DNA of 64,000 nucleotides, taken from an uncultured Candidatus Saccharibacteria bacterium. GTDB lineage: Bacteria; Patescibacteriota; Saccharimonadia; Saccharimonadales; Saccharimonadaceae. Of the stretch, positions 10,539 to 20,950 are shown piece after piece. The stretch's first letter is position 1; each line of letters opens with the position of its first letter. A program made the position numbers and the translations under genes. Location: the NCBI GenBank assembly GCA_964392265.1, contig CAYMOS010000004.1:68337-132336 (forward strand), read 5' to 3'. The notes under the pieces were generated by a model. That model saw nothing but the letters and a program-made list of their open reading frames with translations, did not search any database and had not been told where the DNA came from.

Positions 10539-10607
10539 GGTGATCACTCCTTCAAGCTGCACCTACCGGCCAGTCCGATAGGATAGTTTCATTATAGCAC
10601 AAAAATG

Positions 10608-11372
10608 TTATTTTGTCAATAATTTCCACTGGTCGATACTGAGTTCTTGAGCGCGGGCCTCCGGGTCAATACCGGCGTTTTGCAACATGACATCAACATC
10701 AGATTTTGACATCTGCAGGCCGCCGGCCAGAGAACTACGCAACTTTTTGCGGCGCTCGCTAAAGCCAGCCCGAACGATACGGAAAAATGCCTTTTGATCT
10801 GCCTCTGCCACCAACGGTGCCGGGCGACGGCGTAATATGACTGTTTGGCTGTCGACCTCTGGCGGCGGTGTGAAATACTGGCGAGGCACCTCCACCCCTG
10901 TGGTCGCCTCGAAAAATACCTGGGCACTGACACTCAACATACTCATGCGTCCCGGAGGCGCGGCGATACGCTCAGCAACTTCTTTTTGTACCAAGATTAC
11001 CACCATCTCAGGTGGATTAGCCGATTCAGATAGCTTCTGAACGATCTTACTGGTGATATAGTAGGGGACGTTTGCAACAACTTTATACCCTGCAGGGAGC
11101 CTCGAGAGGTCAAAATCCAGAATATCAGCATCAATAACTTCGAGATTTTTGCCAGGAAACTGCCCTGGCAGCTTGCGCGCCAAATCACGGTCAAACTCTA
11201 CGGCGATGACGTTGCCCGATCGTCGCAATAACTCACTCGTCAGTGTCCCAAGCCCTGGACCAATTTCTAATACGGTATCGTCTAACGCGAGATCGGCGTC
11301 ATCAGCAATGGCCGCCAGTATCTCTCGATCGTGCAGCCAGTGTTGACCCAACGCTTTCTTGGGACCGGCCAT
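10608..11372 (-). CDS. rsmA: 16S rRNA (adenine1518/1519-N6)-dimethyltransferase
   Basis: LGQHWL start, EIGPGLGTLT SAM motif and NVPYYITS block. Confidence 0.9.
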   Translation of the reverse strand: MAGPKKALGQHWLHDREILAAIADDADLALDDTVLEIGPGLGTLTSELLRRSGNVIAVEFDRDLARKLPGQFPGKNLEVIDADILDFDLSRLPAGYKVVANVPYYITSKIVQKLSESANPPEMVVILVQKEVAERIAAPPGRMSMLSVSAQVFFEATTGVEVPRQYFTPPPEVDSQTVILRRRPAPLVAEADQKAFFRIVRAGFSERRKKLRSSLAGGLQMSKSDVDVMLQNAGIDPEARAQELSIDQWKLLTK

Positions 11373-11378
11373 AAAATG

Positions 11379-12590
11379 TTAGTACCAACCCTTTGATTTT
11401 GAATGAGCCACAGCATTTGCCCAGCTACCGTATCGCCCCTTGACATAGCCGTCCATCCAATTAAGAGAATTAACTGGGTTATGCGGATCACCAGGTACCT
11501 TACCACAAGGTAACGCCTGAGCTAGCCCACAGGCACCAGAACTGCCATTACGAGCATTCGGGTTCCAACCGCTTTCCTTCTGAACCAACCAGTCCGCGTA
11601 GCCCCAATCTTCCTGAGAGATCGACGACGCAGCCAACCATTCTGTTTTACTTCCTCCGCCGGTATATGACATATACTCTGGTTTCGTACCACGAATCTCA
11701 ACCTGTTGTTTAGCAGGGGTGACAATGACACTGTTAATCTCCTTGCGTTCAACTTCCTGGCCATTTTTAATCAATGTTTCATAGGTCACACTACGCTTAC
11801 CTTTTTCACCTGGCGTTTTGATTTCCTTGTAATTAACCGGTCGGTTGGCATCGCTGATAATTTCAGTGCCAAAATCAACCTCTTCTTCAACCGTCTTTGT
11901 CTGCTTGCCTTCACGCCAAACTTGCAGAACCATGCCCTCGGTAATCGCCGTTTCTCGTGACAGGGAAGCGCGATCATTCAATCCCATCGTAATACCTTTT
12001 TCAGCTAACAGCCCGCCAACGGTTGTCGCTTGAGTACGCACCGTCATTTCTTCGCCATAGAGTACCAGCTGAAGAGCTGTCGCGCGTGTAATCACAAATT
12101 GTTCTGAGGCACCATCAGCCAATAGATTACTCGACTGCTTGGTCACTGCCTTATCTTCCGGATACAGGGTGATTCCAGCATCTTTGGCAATCTGATCAGG
12201 TGACTGTGCGGCCGTCATCACTCTTTGGCGCGTTGCACCATCAATAACGACAAGAGGGCGTGCACGGTAGATGTTCACCGAATACTCGCTCGCTACTAGC
12301 TGCTCGTCCAGAGATGGCTCGACTCGATCACGTGCATCAACCTCAATCCCCGCCTCATCAAGAGCACCCTTCACCGTTGCGGCTGTCGTCATAAATGACT
12401 GTTCTGAACCCCTATCAAAAAGGGTAATAAGTCGACTGCCCTCTGGACGTTTTTGATCATCAGCATAGACGCGTGACGTGATGGCACCACCAACAAATAG
12501 TGCCGTAATAATCGCCACAGCCAACACTAGTCGCCCCCAGGACCGCACTACTAAATTCATGCCTCGCATCATGACATAGTTCTTTTTCAC
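11379..12590 (-). CDS. RpfB/YabE-like cell-wall protein (DUF348 repeats, G5 domain, C-terminal lysozyme/transglycosylase-like domain)
   Basis: N-terminal TM helix, repeated DUF348-like units, a G5-like block (VTYETLIKNGQEVERKEINSVIVTPAKQQVEIRGTK), and the C-terminus WLVQKESGWNPNARNGSSGACGLAQALP. Confidence 0.7.
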   Translation of the reverse strand: MKKNYVMMRGMNLVVRSWGRLVLAVAIITALFVGGAITSRVYADDQKRPEGSRLITLFDRGSEQSFMTTAATVKGALDEAGIEVDARDRVEPSLDEQLVASEYSVNIYRARPLVVIDGATRQRVMTAAQSPDQIAKDAGITLYPEDKAVTKQSSNLLADGASEQFVITRATALQLVLYGEEMTVRTQATTVGGLLAEKGITMGLNDRASLSRETAITEGMVLQVWREGKQTKTVEEEVDFGTEIISDANRPVNYKEIKTPGEKGKRSVTYETLIKNGQEVERKEINSVIVTPAKQQVEIRGTKPEYMSYTGGGSKTEWLAASSISQEDWGYADWLVQKESGWNPNARNGSSGACGLAQALPCGKVPGDPHNPVNSLNWMDGYVKGRYGSWANAVAHSKSKGWY

Positions 12591-12634
12591 TCCTTCTATT
12601 GTATCAAAAAATACGTGATTATGCTGTAGGTTTT

Positions 12635-14755
12635 TTATACTTTATCCAGTCGTGCGTATTCCACATTGAGACGTTTGGTCTGGCCATTATCAAATGCAAT
12701 CGTTAACGCCAATCCATCGACCTCACTGACCGTTCCAATACCAAAGGCGGTTGATTTTACTCTATCACCAATTGAAAAAGGTTCATCTGAGTAAAAATCG
12801 CTAAAATCATCAGTCACGTAGTGATTCTCGGCACCTCTATCACTGCCACTCATCTGCAAGACCTGGTCGCCCATGTCTGCGATGAACCGAGACAACGGTT
12901 GATATGATCGCTGCCCAAAGGTAAGGCGACTGTGCGCGTACGTTAGGTGCAATTCTTCACGGGCCCGCGTCATTCCGACGTAACACAGGCGTCTTTCTTC
13001 TTCTAGCTCGGCTGGTCCCGCCTCGTATATCCGAGCATGTGGCAATATACCCTCTTCCATGCCAACCATATACACCACAGGGAACTCGAGCCCCTTTGCC
13101 GCATGGAGCGTCATTAGGGTGACCTCGTTATCATCAGCTGATGAGTCGGCACTCGACAGAAGCGCCGCCTCCTCCAAAAATTCATCCAAAGAGGTGAACG
13201 CACTGGCATCAGAAATCAAAGCGCCCAGGTTCTCCTGGCGGTCTTCGGCTTGGGGGGTGCCGTCCAGTACATACGTATCATAGCCCGTTCGTTTGATCAA
13301 CTTGTCGATAATCTCAGCTGGCGAATCATTCACTACCGAAGCCTGTATACCCCGCAAGATATCGCCCAAAGAACGAAGGGCAGTCTTTGCTCGCGGCGTC
13401 AACGACGATGTCTGCTCGACATTGGAGAGGGCCGCAATGATATCGAACCCTGAAGCCTCCTGCCAAACAAGAAACTTCTCAAGACTGGTTGCCCCTACAC
13501 CCCGTGTTGGCACATTAACAATACGGCTGAAACTCATGCGATCACGCGGTTGAACAGCTAGTTTGAGGTAGGCAAGGATATCTTTTACTTCCTTGCGGTC
13601 ATAGAATCTGACACCGCCAACAATACGGTATTTCACCCCAAACCGCATAAACGCGCGTTCTAATGGCGCACTTTGTGCATTTGTACGGTACAGCACGGCG
13701 ACGTCGCTATAGCTGCGGGCGCCAATCGCCACCTGCGACGAGATCGCTTCAGCCACAAACGAGGCTTCGGCCGTCTCGTCATCCAGCGCGTGCACTCGCA
13801 CCGGTGCTCCCGCACCAGCCTCTGTCCAAAGCTTTTTGTCGCTACGCTGCGTATTCTTCATAATGACACTGTGTGCCGCGTCCAAAATACTCGCCGTACT
13901 GCGATAGTTTTGTTCTAGTTTGATTACCGTCGCACCCGGAAAGTCTCGCTCAAAATTTAAGATATTCGTAAAGTCAGCTCCACGCCAGCTATAAATCGAC
14001 TGCCAGTCATCACCAACGACAGCAATATTTTGCTGCTCATTCACTAACATTTTGATCAGTGCATACTGTGCCGCGTTTGTATCCTGGTACTCATCAATCA
14101 TAATATGTACAAATTTTTCTCGCCATTTGTGGCGCACCTCCGCGTGCTCACGGAACAAACGAACCGTCTCGATCAACAAATCATCAAAGTCCAATGCCCC
14201 TGCCGCCCGGCGCATTTCTTCATATACCTGGTATATCTTGGCTATGTTTTTCTGATAGGGAAACTGCGCCGTCTGTTCGAATTCGTCAGGACTCACTAAT
14301 TCGTTTTTAGCATTTGAGATTGCCGAACTGACCGCACGAGGCTTAATCTCCTTATCACTGATTGATAGTCGTTTCATGGCTTGCTTCACCAGGCCTTGTC
14401 GATCATCTTCGTCATAAATCACAAAGTTAGCTGGAACTCCAATCCTTGACCCCTCAATCCTCAACAACCGCACACAAATGCCGTGAAATGTTCCCATCCA
14501 TGGCATAAAACTCCGTGTGTTCTCCTGCCCCAATAGATGACTCAGTCGTTCGCGCATTTCACGGGCGGCCTTGTTGGTAAAGGTGACAGCCAGTATCTGT
14601 TCCGGCCAAACACCTGCATGAGCAATCAAATAAGCAATACGATGCGTTAAGGCTTTTGTCTTACCGCTTCCTGCGCCAGCCAGTAGTAATAAAGGGCCCT
14701 CGGTCGTCGTCACTGATTGTTTTTGAGCATCATTAAGCCCTGCAAGAATATCCAT
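12635..14755 (-). CDS. pcrA: ATP-dependent DNA helicase PcrA/UvrD (SF1)
   Basis: AGAGSGKT Walker A, DEYQDTN, VGDDWQSIYSWRGA and a TLHAAKGLEF...VGMTRA motif series. Confidence 0.9.
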   Translation of the reverse strand: MDILAGLNDAQKQSVTTTEGPLLLLAGAGSGKTKALTHRIAYLIAHAGVWPEQILAVTFTNKAAREMRERLSHLLGQENTRSFMPWMGTFHGICVRLLRIEGSRIGVPANFVIYDEDDRQGLVKQAMKRLSISDKEIKPRAVSSAISNAKNELVSPDEFEQTAQFPYQKNIAKIYQVYEEMRRAAGALDFDDLLIETVRLFREHAEVRHKWREKFVHIMIDEYQDTNAAQYALIKMLVNEQQNIAVVGDDWQSIYSWRGADFTNILNFERDFPGATVIKLEQNYRSTASILDAAHSVIMKNTQRSDKKLWTEAGAGAPVRVHALDDETAEASFVAEAISSQVAIGARSYSDVAVLYRTNAQSAPLERAFMRFGVKYRIVGGVRFYDRKEVKDILAYLKLAVQPRDRMSFSRIVNVPTRGVGATSLEKFLVWQEASGFDIIAALSNVEQTSSLTPRAKTALRSLGDILRGIQASVVNDSPAEIIDKLIKRTGYDTYVLDGTPQAEDRQENLGALISDASAFTSLDEFLEEAALLSSADSSADDNEVTLMTLHAAKGLEFPVVYMVGMEEGILPHARIYEAGPAELEEERRLCYVGMTRAREELHLTYAHSRLTFGQRSYQPLSRFIADMGDQVLQMSGSDRGAENHYVTDDFSDFYSDEPFSIGDRVKSTAFGIGTVSEVDGLALTIAFDNGQTKRLNVEYARLDKV

Positions 14756-14782
14756 TATATCTATAATACTACGAAATGAGTG

Positions 14783-15958
14783 CTAGAAGAGCCCGAATGG
14801 ATCAAAGAAATATACTGCTGCACCCGCCCCGACACCAAGAAGGATAATGAGTATGATCAAAACAGTGCCCAACCACCCTGATTTCTGCTTTGGTGTATGT
14901 TTCAAAGGTTGATGATACTGCGTCGTATCAAAGACAGGAGTTGTTTCTTCGCTCATAGGGCGTTCTTTTTCAGTGTACTGTTGCGAGATTGATCCCGTCC
15001 CAATACTTGTCACCGACACTGGCGCAGCTACCGGCTCAACTCCAGCCGCCTCAACCGCTACAACATCACTCTGCAATTCCTCCGGCACCACTTCGGCAAC
15101 AGCGGGGGCCTGAGCATCTTTACTTTCTAGGTTGGCAATCGCCTCTTTCTGCTCGGCAGTCAGTTCAGGTTCTGTCATCTCTTCTGCCGCTACCTCTTCA
15201 GCCTCAGGCTCAACTGGTGGTTCGACACTTAATAACGACGTGTCGGCCGCATCCACCGAAAAGGCACCAAGTGGTCGCTTTTCCAGGGAAAGTCCATTAA
15301 CGAACGGAGTATCGACCGATATATTAGTTTGCTGCTCTTCGATCAGCCCATTTAGCCCATTCAACTCGCTGGCCACATGTGCCAAAGCAAGATCATGATG
15401 ATCGTCATCATTCTCCGCCTCATCTGCCGGCAGTTCAGTCGTATTCGATGTCTCTTCGGCAGAAAAATTATGAAAATCGAGTGGGTCAGGGAAGAGTTGC
15501 TCCTCTTCTTCGAACACAGTTGATTCCTCAACAAGTGAAGTATCGTTCACTTTCTCAGTAGGGGCCACTGCCTCTTCTTGGACAATCGAAGGCTCTTCGA
15601 CTGCTTCTGGTGTTGCCTCCTCAGATGCTGGAGGAGTTGACGCAAGGGGCTGCAATGTTGTCGCTTGGCGGGATACTGCCGGACGGGCCACATTCTTCAT
15701 ATCAGAGGACGGATGCATAACATCCATAAACCGACCACTTGAGCGTTTTTCAACGAGGGCCTTCTTTTTTGGCGCTTCGACAGCCTTATCATTCGCTGGT
15801 GCCACCGTTGCTGTGACAATCGGTGCCACTGGATCGGTAGCTACAGAAACATCTTGCGTGACTGCCTTTACTTCTGGCGTCGATACAGTTTTTTCGCTTG
15901 TATCACCCAATAAGGAACTGACGGCGCGGTCTAGTTCATCAAAATCTAAGTCTTTCAT
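14783..15958 (-). CDS. Hypothetical acidic low-complexity protein with C-terminal TM anchor
   Basis: Glu/Ala/Pro/Val-rich sequence ending in WLGTVLIILIILLGVGAGAAVYFF. Its start overlaps the tpiA stop (ATGA-type junction at 15955-15958). Confidence 0.55.
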   Translation of the reverse strand: MKDLDFDELDRAVSSLLGDTSEKTVSTPEVKAVTQDVSVATDPVAPIVTATVAPANDKAVEAPKKKALVEKRSSGRFMDVMHPSSDMKNVARPAVSRQATTLQPLASTPPASEEATPEAVEEPSIVQEEAVAPTEKVNDTSLVEESTVFEEEEQLFPDPLDFHNFSAEETSNTTELPADEAENDDDHHDLALAHVASELNGLNGLIEEQQTNISVDTPFVNGLSLEKRPLGAFSVDAADTSLLSVEPPVEPEAEEVAAEEMTEPELTAEQKEAIANLESKDAQAPAVAEVVPEELQSDVVAVEAAGVEPVAAPVSVTSIGTGSISQQYTEKERPMSEETTPVFDTTQYHQPLKHTPKQKSGWLGTVLIILIILLGVGAGAAVYFFDPFGLF

Positions 15959-16755
15959 CGAGCTCCACCCTTCACTAGTCCTGTCGCGTCCTTCCCTCTA
16001 TGGGCCTTTTTGACGATATCCGCAAACGCAAACTCATCAAGGCTAGCACCTCCGACCAACAACCCGTCAATCTCAGACAGCGCCAAATAGTCTGCTGCGC
16101 TATCAGCCGTCACACTTCCGCCATACAATACCTGGACAGCCTCGGCAGCCTTCTTGCCGTACAGATGAGCCAGCTGCGACCGAATAATCTTGGCAGCACG
16201 TGTTACATCGACAGGATTTGCATTGACTCCAGTACCAATCGCCCATACAGGTTCGTAGGCAATCACTACCTGCTCTAACTCTTCACTCGTGATATTCGCT
16301 AGCCCACCGATCAGTTGATCGTGAAGCACCATCTCTGTTTCGCCATTGGTGCGTTCTTGAATCGTTTCGCCAATACAAAGAATCGGGCGAATATGATTAC
16401 GGATTGCCGCCTGGACCTTTGCCCGTGTGTCTTTGTCAGTTTCATGAAAAACATGCCGTCGTTCAGAGTGCCCTACGAGCCCGTACTGCACGATGCCGCG
16501 CAGTTGAGTCGCCGAGACCTCCCCAGTATATGGTCCGTGATCACGCCAATAAAAATTCTGTGCTGCCAGCTTGAATTGGCGGTAATTCACCTGGACACTG
16601 AGTGTCTGAACCCCCAGCATAGTCGGCGCCAACACAACTTCGACATCGCGACGATTACGAATTTTTTTGGAAAGACGGTGCAAATAAAGACTCGCCTCAT
16701 GAACCGTAAAATTCATCTTCCAGTTACCAATAATCAATCGCTTGTCTCTTGCCAT
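15955..16755 (-). CDS. tpiA: Triosephosphate isomerase
   Basis: IIGNWKMN start, GHSERR and AYEPVWAIGTG motifs. Confidence 0.92.
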   Translation of the reverse strand: MARDKRLIIGNWKMNFTVHEASLYLHRLSKKIRNRRDVEVVLAPTMLGVQTLSVQVNYRQFKLAAQNFYWRDHGPYTGEVSATQLRGIVQYGLVGHSERRHVFHETDKDTRAKVQAAIRNHIRPILCIGETIQERTNGETEMVLHDQLIGGLANITSEELEQVVIAYEPVWAIGTGVNANPVDVTRAAKIIRSQLAHLYGKKAAEAVQVLYGGSVTADSAADYLALSEIDGLLVGGASLDEFAFADIVKKAHRGKDATGLVKGGAR

Positions 16756-16790
16756 TATCTATAATCCTTACGCTTAGTGTATCCCATTTT

Positions 16791-18017
16791 TTAGCGAGCG
16801 TCCAGCAAGGCCTCTACCCCGGGTAATTTCTTGCCCGCCATCAGCTCCAATCCGGCCCCTCCACCAGTCGAAACGTGCGAAAAGCTCTTACCCCCTTGTC
16901 CATCCCATTTCAGAACGAAGTCGGCTGTATCACCACCCCCGACAATCGACGTGACTGATGGTTTGGTAGCCAGTGCCAACGCAACCCTGGCCGAACCATG
17001 GGCAAAATTATCCAGTTCACTGTATCCTACTGGGCCATTCCATATAACCGTTCCCGCCTCACTGATTACCTGACTATATCGTTCAATCGTTTTGTCGCCA
17101 ATATCTAGGGCAATGTCCTCGGCACCAATTGCATTCACATTAACCACACGTCGTGGCTCATTTGCATCTATCTGTCGTGCCACGGCAACATCTTCAGGTA
17201 CGAGGAGAAATTCATCCACCGCAGTCTCTCCCACTTTGGCACGCGCTGCCGCATAAATTTGGTCTAGTACCTCATGCTGTCTTGGTTCGAACTTACTGGC
17301 ACCAACTTGCTTGCCGAGATACTCCAAAAAAGTATTCGCCATAGCACCGCCAATTAGTATCTTGTCAGCCTTATCAACAAATCGTTCAATAATCGTAATC
17401 TTATCACTGACTTTGGCGCCACCAAGAATCGCCACCAATGGACGTGTTGGCGCCTCTAACGATTGCGTCAACATCGTGTACTCGTGCTCTAATAACAATC
17501 CAGCAACTGACGGCAAAAACCGTGTAATCGCATCAGTCGAGGCATGCGCCCGATGCACAACGCCAAACCCGTCTTGTACCAAGTACGTCGCCCCACTTGC
17601 CTTAGCAATTGCCCTTGCAAATGTCTCGTCATTTTCCTCTTCCTCGGCATGGAATCGAAGATTTTCAAATAATACTACCGTGCTCGGAGTCGCTGTTTTT
17701 GCCGTTTGATACGCGCGGTCACCAATACAATTGTCTGCTAGCCGTACCTCTCGTCTCAGCAATGTCGCCAAGCGGTCAGCCACTGGTTTCAGACTGTACG
17801 TCATGTCCCGTTTTCCTTCTGGACGCCCCAAATGGCTGATAATTATCACCTTGCAACCATGATCCAATAGGTACTGCAAGGTTGGCAAGCTAGCACGGAT
17901 CCTCAAATCGTCACGAATCGTCCCGTCTTTATCTAGCGGCACATTGTAATCAGCACGCACCAACACCGTCTGACCATCAATCGGTACATCGCGCAGTGTC
18001 TTCTTAAAAAATGTCAT
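16791..18017 (-). CDS. pgk: Phosphoglycerate kinase
   Basis: VLVRADYNVPL, SHLGRP and STGGGA motifs. Start moved to the ATG at 18017 (MTFFKKTL). Confidence 0.92.
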   Translation of the reverse strand: MTFFKKTLRDVPIDGQTVLVRADYNVPLDKDGTIRDDLRIRASLPTLQYLLDHGCKVIIISHLGRPEGKRDMTYSLKPVADRLATLLRREVRLADNCIGDRAYQTAKTATPSTVVLFENLRFHAEEEENDETFARAIAKASGATYLVQDGFGVVHRAHASTDAITRFLPSVAGLLLEHEYTMLTQSLEAPTRPLVAILGGAKVSDKITIIERFVDKADKILIGGAMANTFLEYLGKQVGASKFEPRQHEVLDQIYAAARAKVGETAVDEFLLVPEDVAVARQIDANEPRRVVNVNAIGAEDIALDIGDKTIERYSQVISEAGTVIWNGPVGYSELDNFAHGSARVALALATKPSVTSIVGGGDTADFVLKWDGQGGKSFSHVSTGGGAGLELMAGKKLPGVEALLDAR

Positions 18018-18071
18018 TTCCCACCCATTTTCTGTTATTTCGTTGTTTTTAGCATAACAGTAATCTAGCAA

Positions 18072-19496
18072 CTACTCAATAACACGAACACGAATCGTGT
18101 CAGTCGCCCCGACGAGACCCGGCTGACGACCACTGACGATAATCACCGTGACGGGCTGCCCACCAAAGTAACCTTCCTGCACCAACTCCTTTGCCAGTGA
18201 TAATCCTGCCTTCTCGCCGTCCGGACGAATATAACTGCGATTAGCATAATTAAGCGCTAATTGTTGGGCAGCACGTGGATCACTCGTCACACTGATAATT
18301 GGCAGGTTAGGACGGTATCCCGCGATGTTCGTCGCTGTCGCACCCGACTTCGTCTCAGCAATGATCGCCTCAACACCTAACTGATCTGCCAAGTGGACGG
18401 CAGCACCACTAATAGCATCGCGCTGAGCATTTTCTGGTACAGTATGATCTCTTACTTCCACAACTGGAGCATGGTCCTGAGTATAAAGAATCGTCTTCTT
18501 CATCGCGGCGACGGCTTCAACCGGGTAAGAGCCATTGGCTGTCTCATCTGACAACATGACAGCATCAGCGCCCTGAATCACCGCATTTGCCACGTCACCC
18601 ACCTCAGCACGAGTTGGCTCAGGCGCATCAACCATACTTGCCATCATTTGTGTCGCCACAATCACAAGCTTGTTATATTCGCGGCACAGAGATATAAGGC
18701 GACGTTGCACGATTGGCACGATCTCAGCACCTGCTTCAACGGCCAAGTCACCACGAGCAACCATGATGCCATCAGCAGCCTCAACAATAGCCTCCATAAC
18801 GTCATCCTTCACAGCAGCTTTGGTTTCGATCTTAGCAATAATCTGGGCAGTTGAACCACCAGCTACAAGGATCTGACGAAGGTTATGGATATCATCGGGA
18901 CTCTGCACAAAACTCAGCGCCACAAAATCAATGTCTTTGTCGAGACCGTATTTAATGTCTTTAAGATCTTTTGGCGTCAGGATGTCACCACCAAAATCGG
19001 TATCTGGCAAGTTGATACCCTTCTTGCTCATCAGCACACCATCATTTTCGACACGCAGTGTAATAGCTGTTTCAGACGAGATCGCAACGACTTCTGTCCG
19101 AACCTTACCGTCGAAGATATAAATCGGCTCGCCGACCTTTACCTTTGAGGCAAGATTATATTGCACTGGCAAACGATTACTGCCATCATGTTCGGTAACG
19201 GCAAAATCAAGAATGATTTCATCACCCTTCTTCACTTCATAACGGTTATCCGCGATGGCGCCAAGGCGAATTTTTGGCCCTTGCAAATCTTGCAAAATCG
19301 CCACAGGCTTGCCGACTTTTTTGCTGGCTTCGCGAATCCAAGGAATCTGCTCGTCACGCTCTTCATAGGTACCGTGACTAAAATTCAGGCGCAGTCCATT
19401 GACGCCCTGCAATAGCAGCTGCTCAATCATTTCTGGGGTATTGGTGGCTGGACCAAGGGTTGCTAATATTTTTGTACGTTTGAAAATAACACTCAT
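18072..19496 (-). CDS. pyk: Pyruvate kinase
   Basis: TKILATLGPAT, MVARGDLAVE and ATQMMASM motifs. Start moved to the ATG at 19496 (MSVIFKRTKI). Confidence 0.92.
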   Translation of the reverse strand: MSVIFKRTKILATLGPATNTPEMIEQLLLQGVNGLRLNFSHGTYEERDEQIPWIREASKKVGKPVAILQDLQGPKIRLGAIADNRYEVKKGDEIILDFAVTEHDGSNRLPVQYNLASKVKVGEPIYIFDGKVRTEVVAISSETAITLRVENDGVLMSKKGINLPDTDFGGDILTPKDLKDIKYGLDKDIDFVALSFVQSPDDIHNLRQILVAGGSTAQIIAKIETKAAVKDDVMEAIVEAADGIMVARGDLAVEAGAEIVPIVQRRLISLCREYNKLVIVATQMMASMVDAPEPTRAEVGDVANAVIQGADAVMLSDETANGSYPVEAVAAMKKTILYTQDHAPVVEVRDHTVPENAQRDAISGAAVHLADQLGVEAIIAETKSGATATNIAGYRPNLPIISVTSDPRAAQQLALNYANRSYIRPDGEKAGLSLAKELVQEGYFGGQPVTVIIVSGRQPGLVGATDTIRVRVIE

Positions 19497-19513
19497 AATG
19501 ACTATTGTACACC

Positions 19514-20530
19514 TTAGGACTCTAATACGTCGACCCTGTCCGCCTCCACAAGTGATCGATAATTCCAAATCCCTGGACTTTCAGTTTTGTAATTCCAATA
19601 AAACTGACCAGCTGCAACCTGATGAATCTGGGACTGCAAACGCAAGTAGGATGATTCGAAGAGTCGTTGTTGCTTCTGAGGTACATGACGCATCTTATGA
19701 CCCGATATCACACCACTCCACTCACCAACAATAATAGGCTGTTTTCGAGTTAACCAAGTCATCAGCCATTGACGTCGCCGGGTTTTTCGCAAATGACCCG
19801 CCAGGCTACGCCAGCCGTCGAACGGTACGCTAAAATGATAAAAATGCACATCCATCACAACCGGGTGATCATGCATAGCCCGTACAGCCCCGTTCATCCA
19901 TAGCGGCCAGAATCCGTCATTATAAATAACCGCCATCCCTAGTCGCATATAAGGGATCATTCGCCGATAGGCTGTCCGGTAAAATTGCCGTGTATTTTTT
20001 ACACGCCACCACTGGATGTGTGGTTCATTGAGGACTTCAATCCCCCAAACATGATCATAATGACCGTATCTTTTGGCGATTTGTTCGAGCACATCCAGTG
20101 TCTTTTGCTGTAGTGCTCGATCTCTAAACCACGCGTATGGGGCTGCCTCATTACCGGTGTCATGTCCATCTGGCGCTCCAGGCGCACGGTGAAGGTCAAT
20201 AATGACGTGTAAATTATACACGCTAGCCTTATTTACCAGCCAATCAAGGTAGTCAACGCTCTTTTCATACGGTGATTCTTCGCCAAACAACCAATAGCCC
20301 ACTGGCACACGAACCGCCGTGACACCATGTGTTGACAGCCAACGCAAATCATCCTCGGTAATGAATGTATCTCGATGATGCTTGAGGCGCTCTCTTGCAC
20401 CTTTTTGATGCATAAACGCCCTCTCATCCTCAGCATCATATCCCTCAAAAAGACGAGGAGTTATCCACTTTTCCAATACTAACCAGCCACCAAGATTGAC
20501 ACCGTAAAGGGAGGGAGGAATGTGACTCAT
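19514..20530 (-). CDS. Glycoside hydrolase family 5 (glucan 1,3-beta-glucosidase/cellulase-like)
   Basis: GVNLGGWLVLEKWITP start and the catalytic EVLNEP block. GEWSG near the C-terminus fits the second catalytic Glu. Confidence 0.75.
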   Translation of the reverse strand: MSHIPPSLYGVNLGGWLVLEKWITPRLFEGYDAEDERAFMHQKGARERLKHHRDTFITEDDLRWLSTHGVTAVRVPVGYWLFGEESPYEKSVDYLDWLVNKASVYNLHVIIDLHRAPGAPDGHDTGNEAAPYAWFRDRALQQKTLDVLEQIAKRYGHYDHVWGIEVLNEPHIQWWRVKNTRQFYRTAYRRMIPYMRLGMAVIYNDGFWPLWMNGAVRAMHDHPVVMDVHFYHFSVPFDGWRSLAGHLRKTRRRQWLMTWLTRKQPIIVGEWSGVISGHKMRHVPQKQQRLFESSYLRLQSQIHQVAAGQFYWNYKTESPGIWNYRSLVEADRVDVLES

Positions 20531-20554
20531 ACTATCCAGTATAAGCCACTGATC

Positions 20555-20950
20555 CTACCCGGCGATACGCTTTGTCCTCATCCACTCTCTCACTCGCAAA
20601 CCACTACTGATAATCAGCAGTCCTACACCTGCAATAAAATAAAACGTAACGTTGTCATTCGTTGTGCCATATATCTCAAAAACTCCCCGCAAAGCGCACC
20701 CTACGGTGAGTATGGTAACCGCGAAATGATGCAACAATCTCGTCCATGAGCTTTTGGTCCGCAGACGAGGAAGAAGCAATCCGAGGGCCTCCAGCAAAAC
20801 ACCAAGTATCAAAGGAACCGTAAAGAGGTACACTATAAAGACCGAGTACACTTCATGGGAGAAATGCTCGTAGATACTACTAAACAGCCCGCATAGTAGT
20901 GTCACCGTCACATACACTATAAGACGCCTATTTGACATATAAGATATCAC
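20555..20950 (-). CDS. Hypothetical 4-TM membrane protein (131 aa)
   Basis: Four hydrophobic segments. Overlaps the upstream gene end by 23 nt. Confidence 0.5.
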   Translation of the reverse strand: MISYMSNRRLIVYVTVTLLCGLFSSIYEHFSHEVYSVFIVYLFTVPLILGVLLEALGLLLPRLRTKSSWTRLLHHFAVTILTVGCALRGVFEIYGTTNDNVTFYFIAGVGLLIISSGLRVREWMRTKRIAG

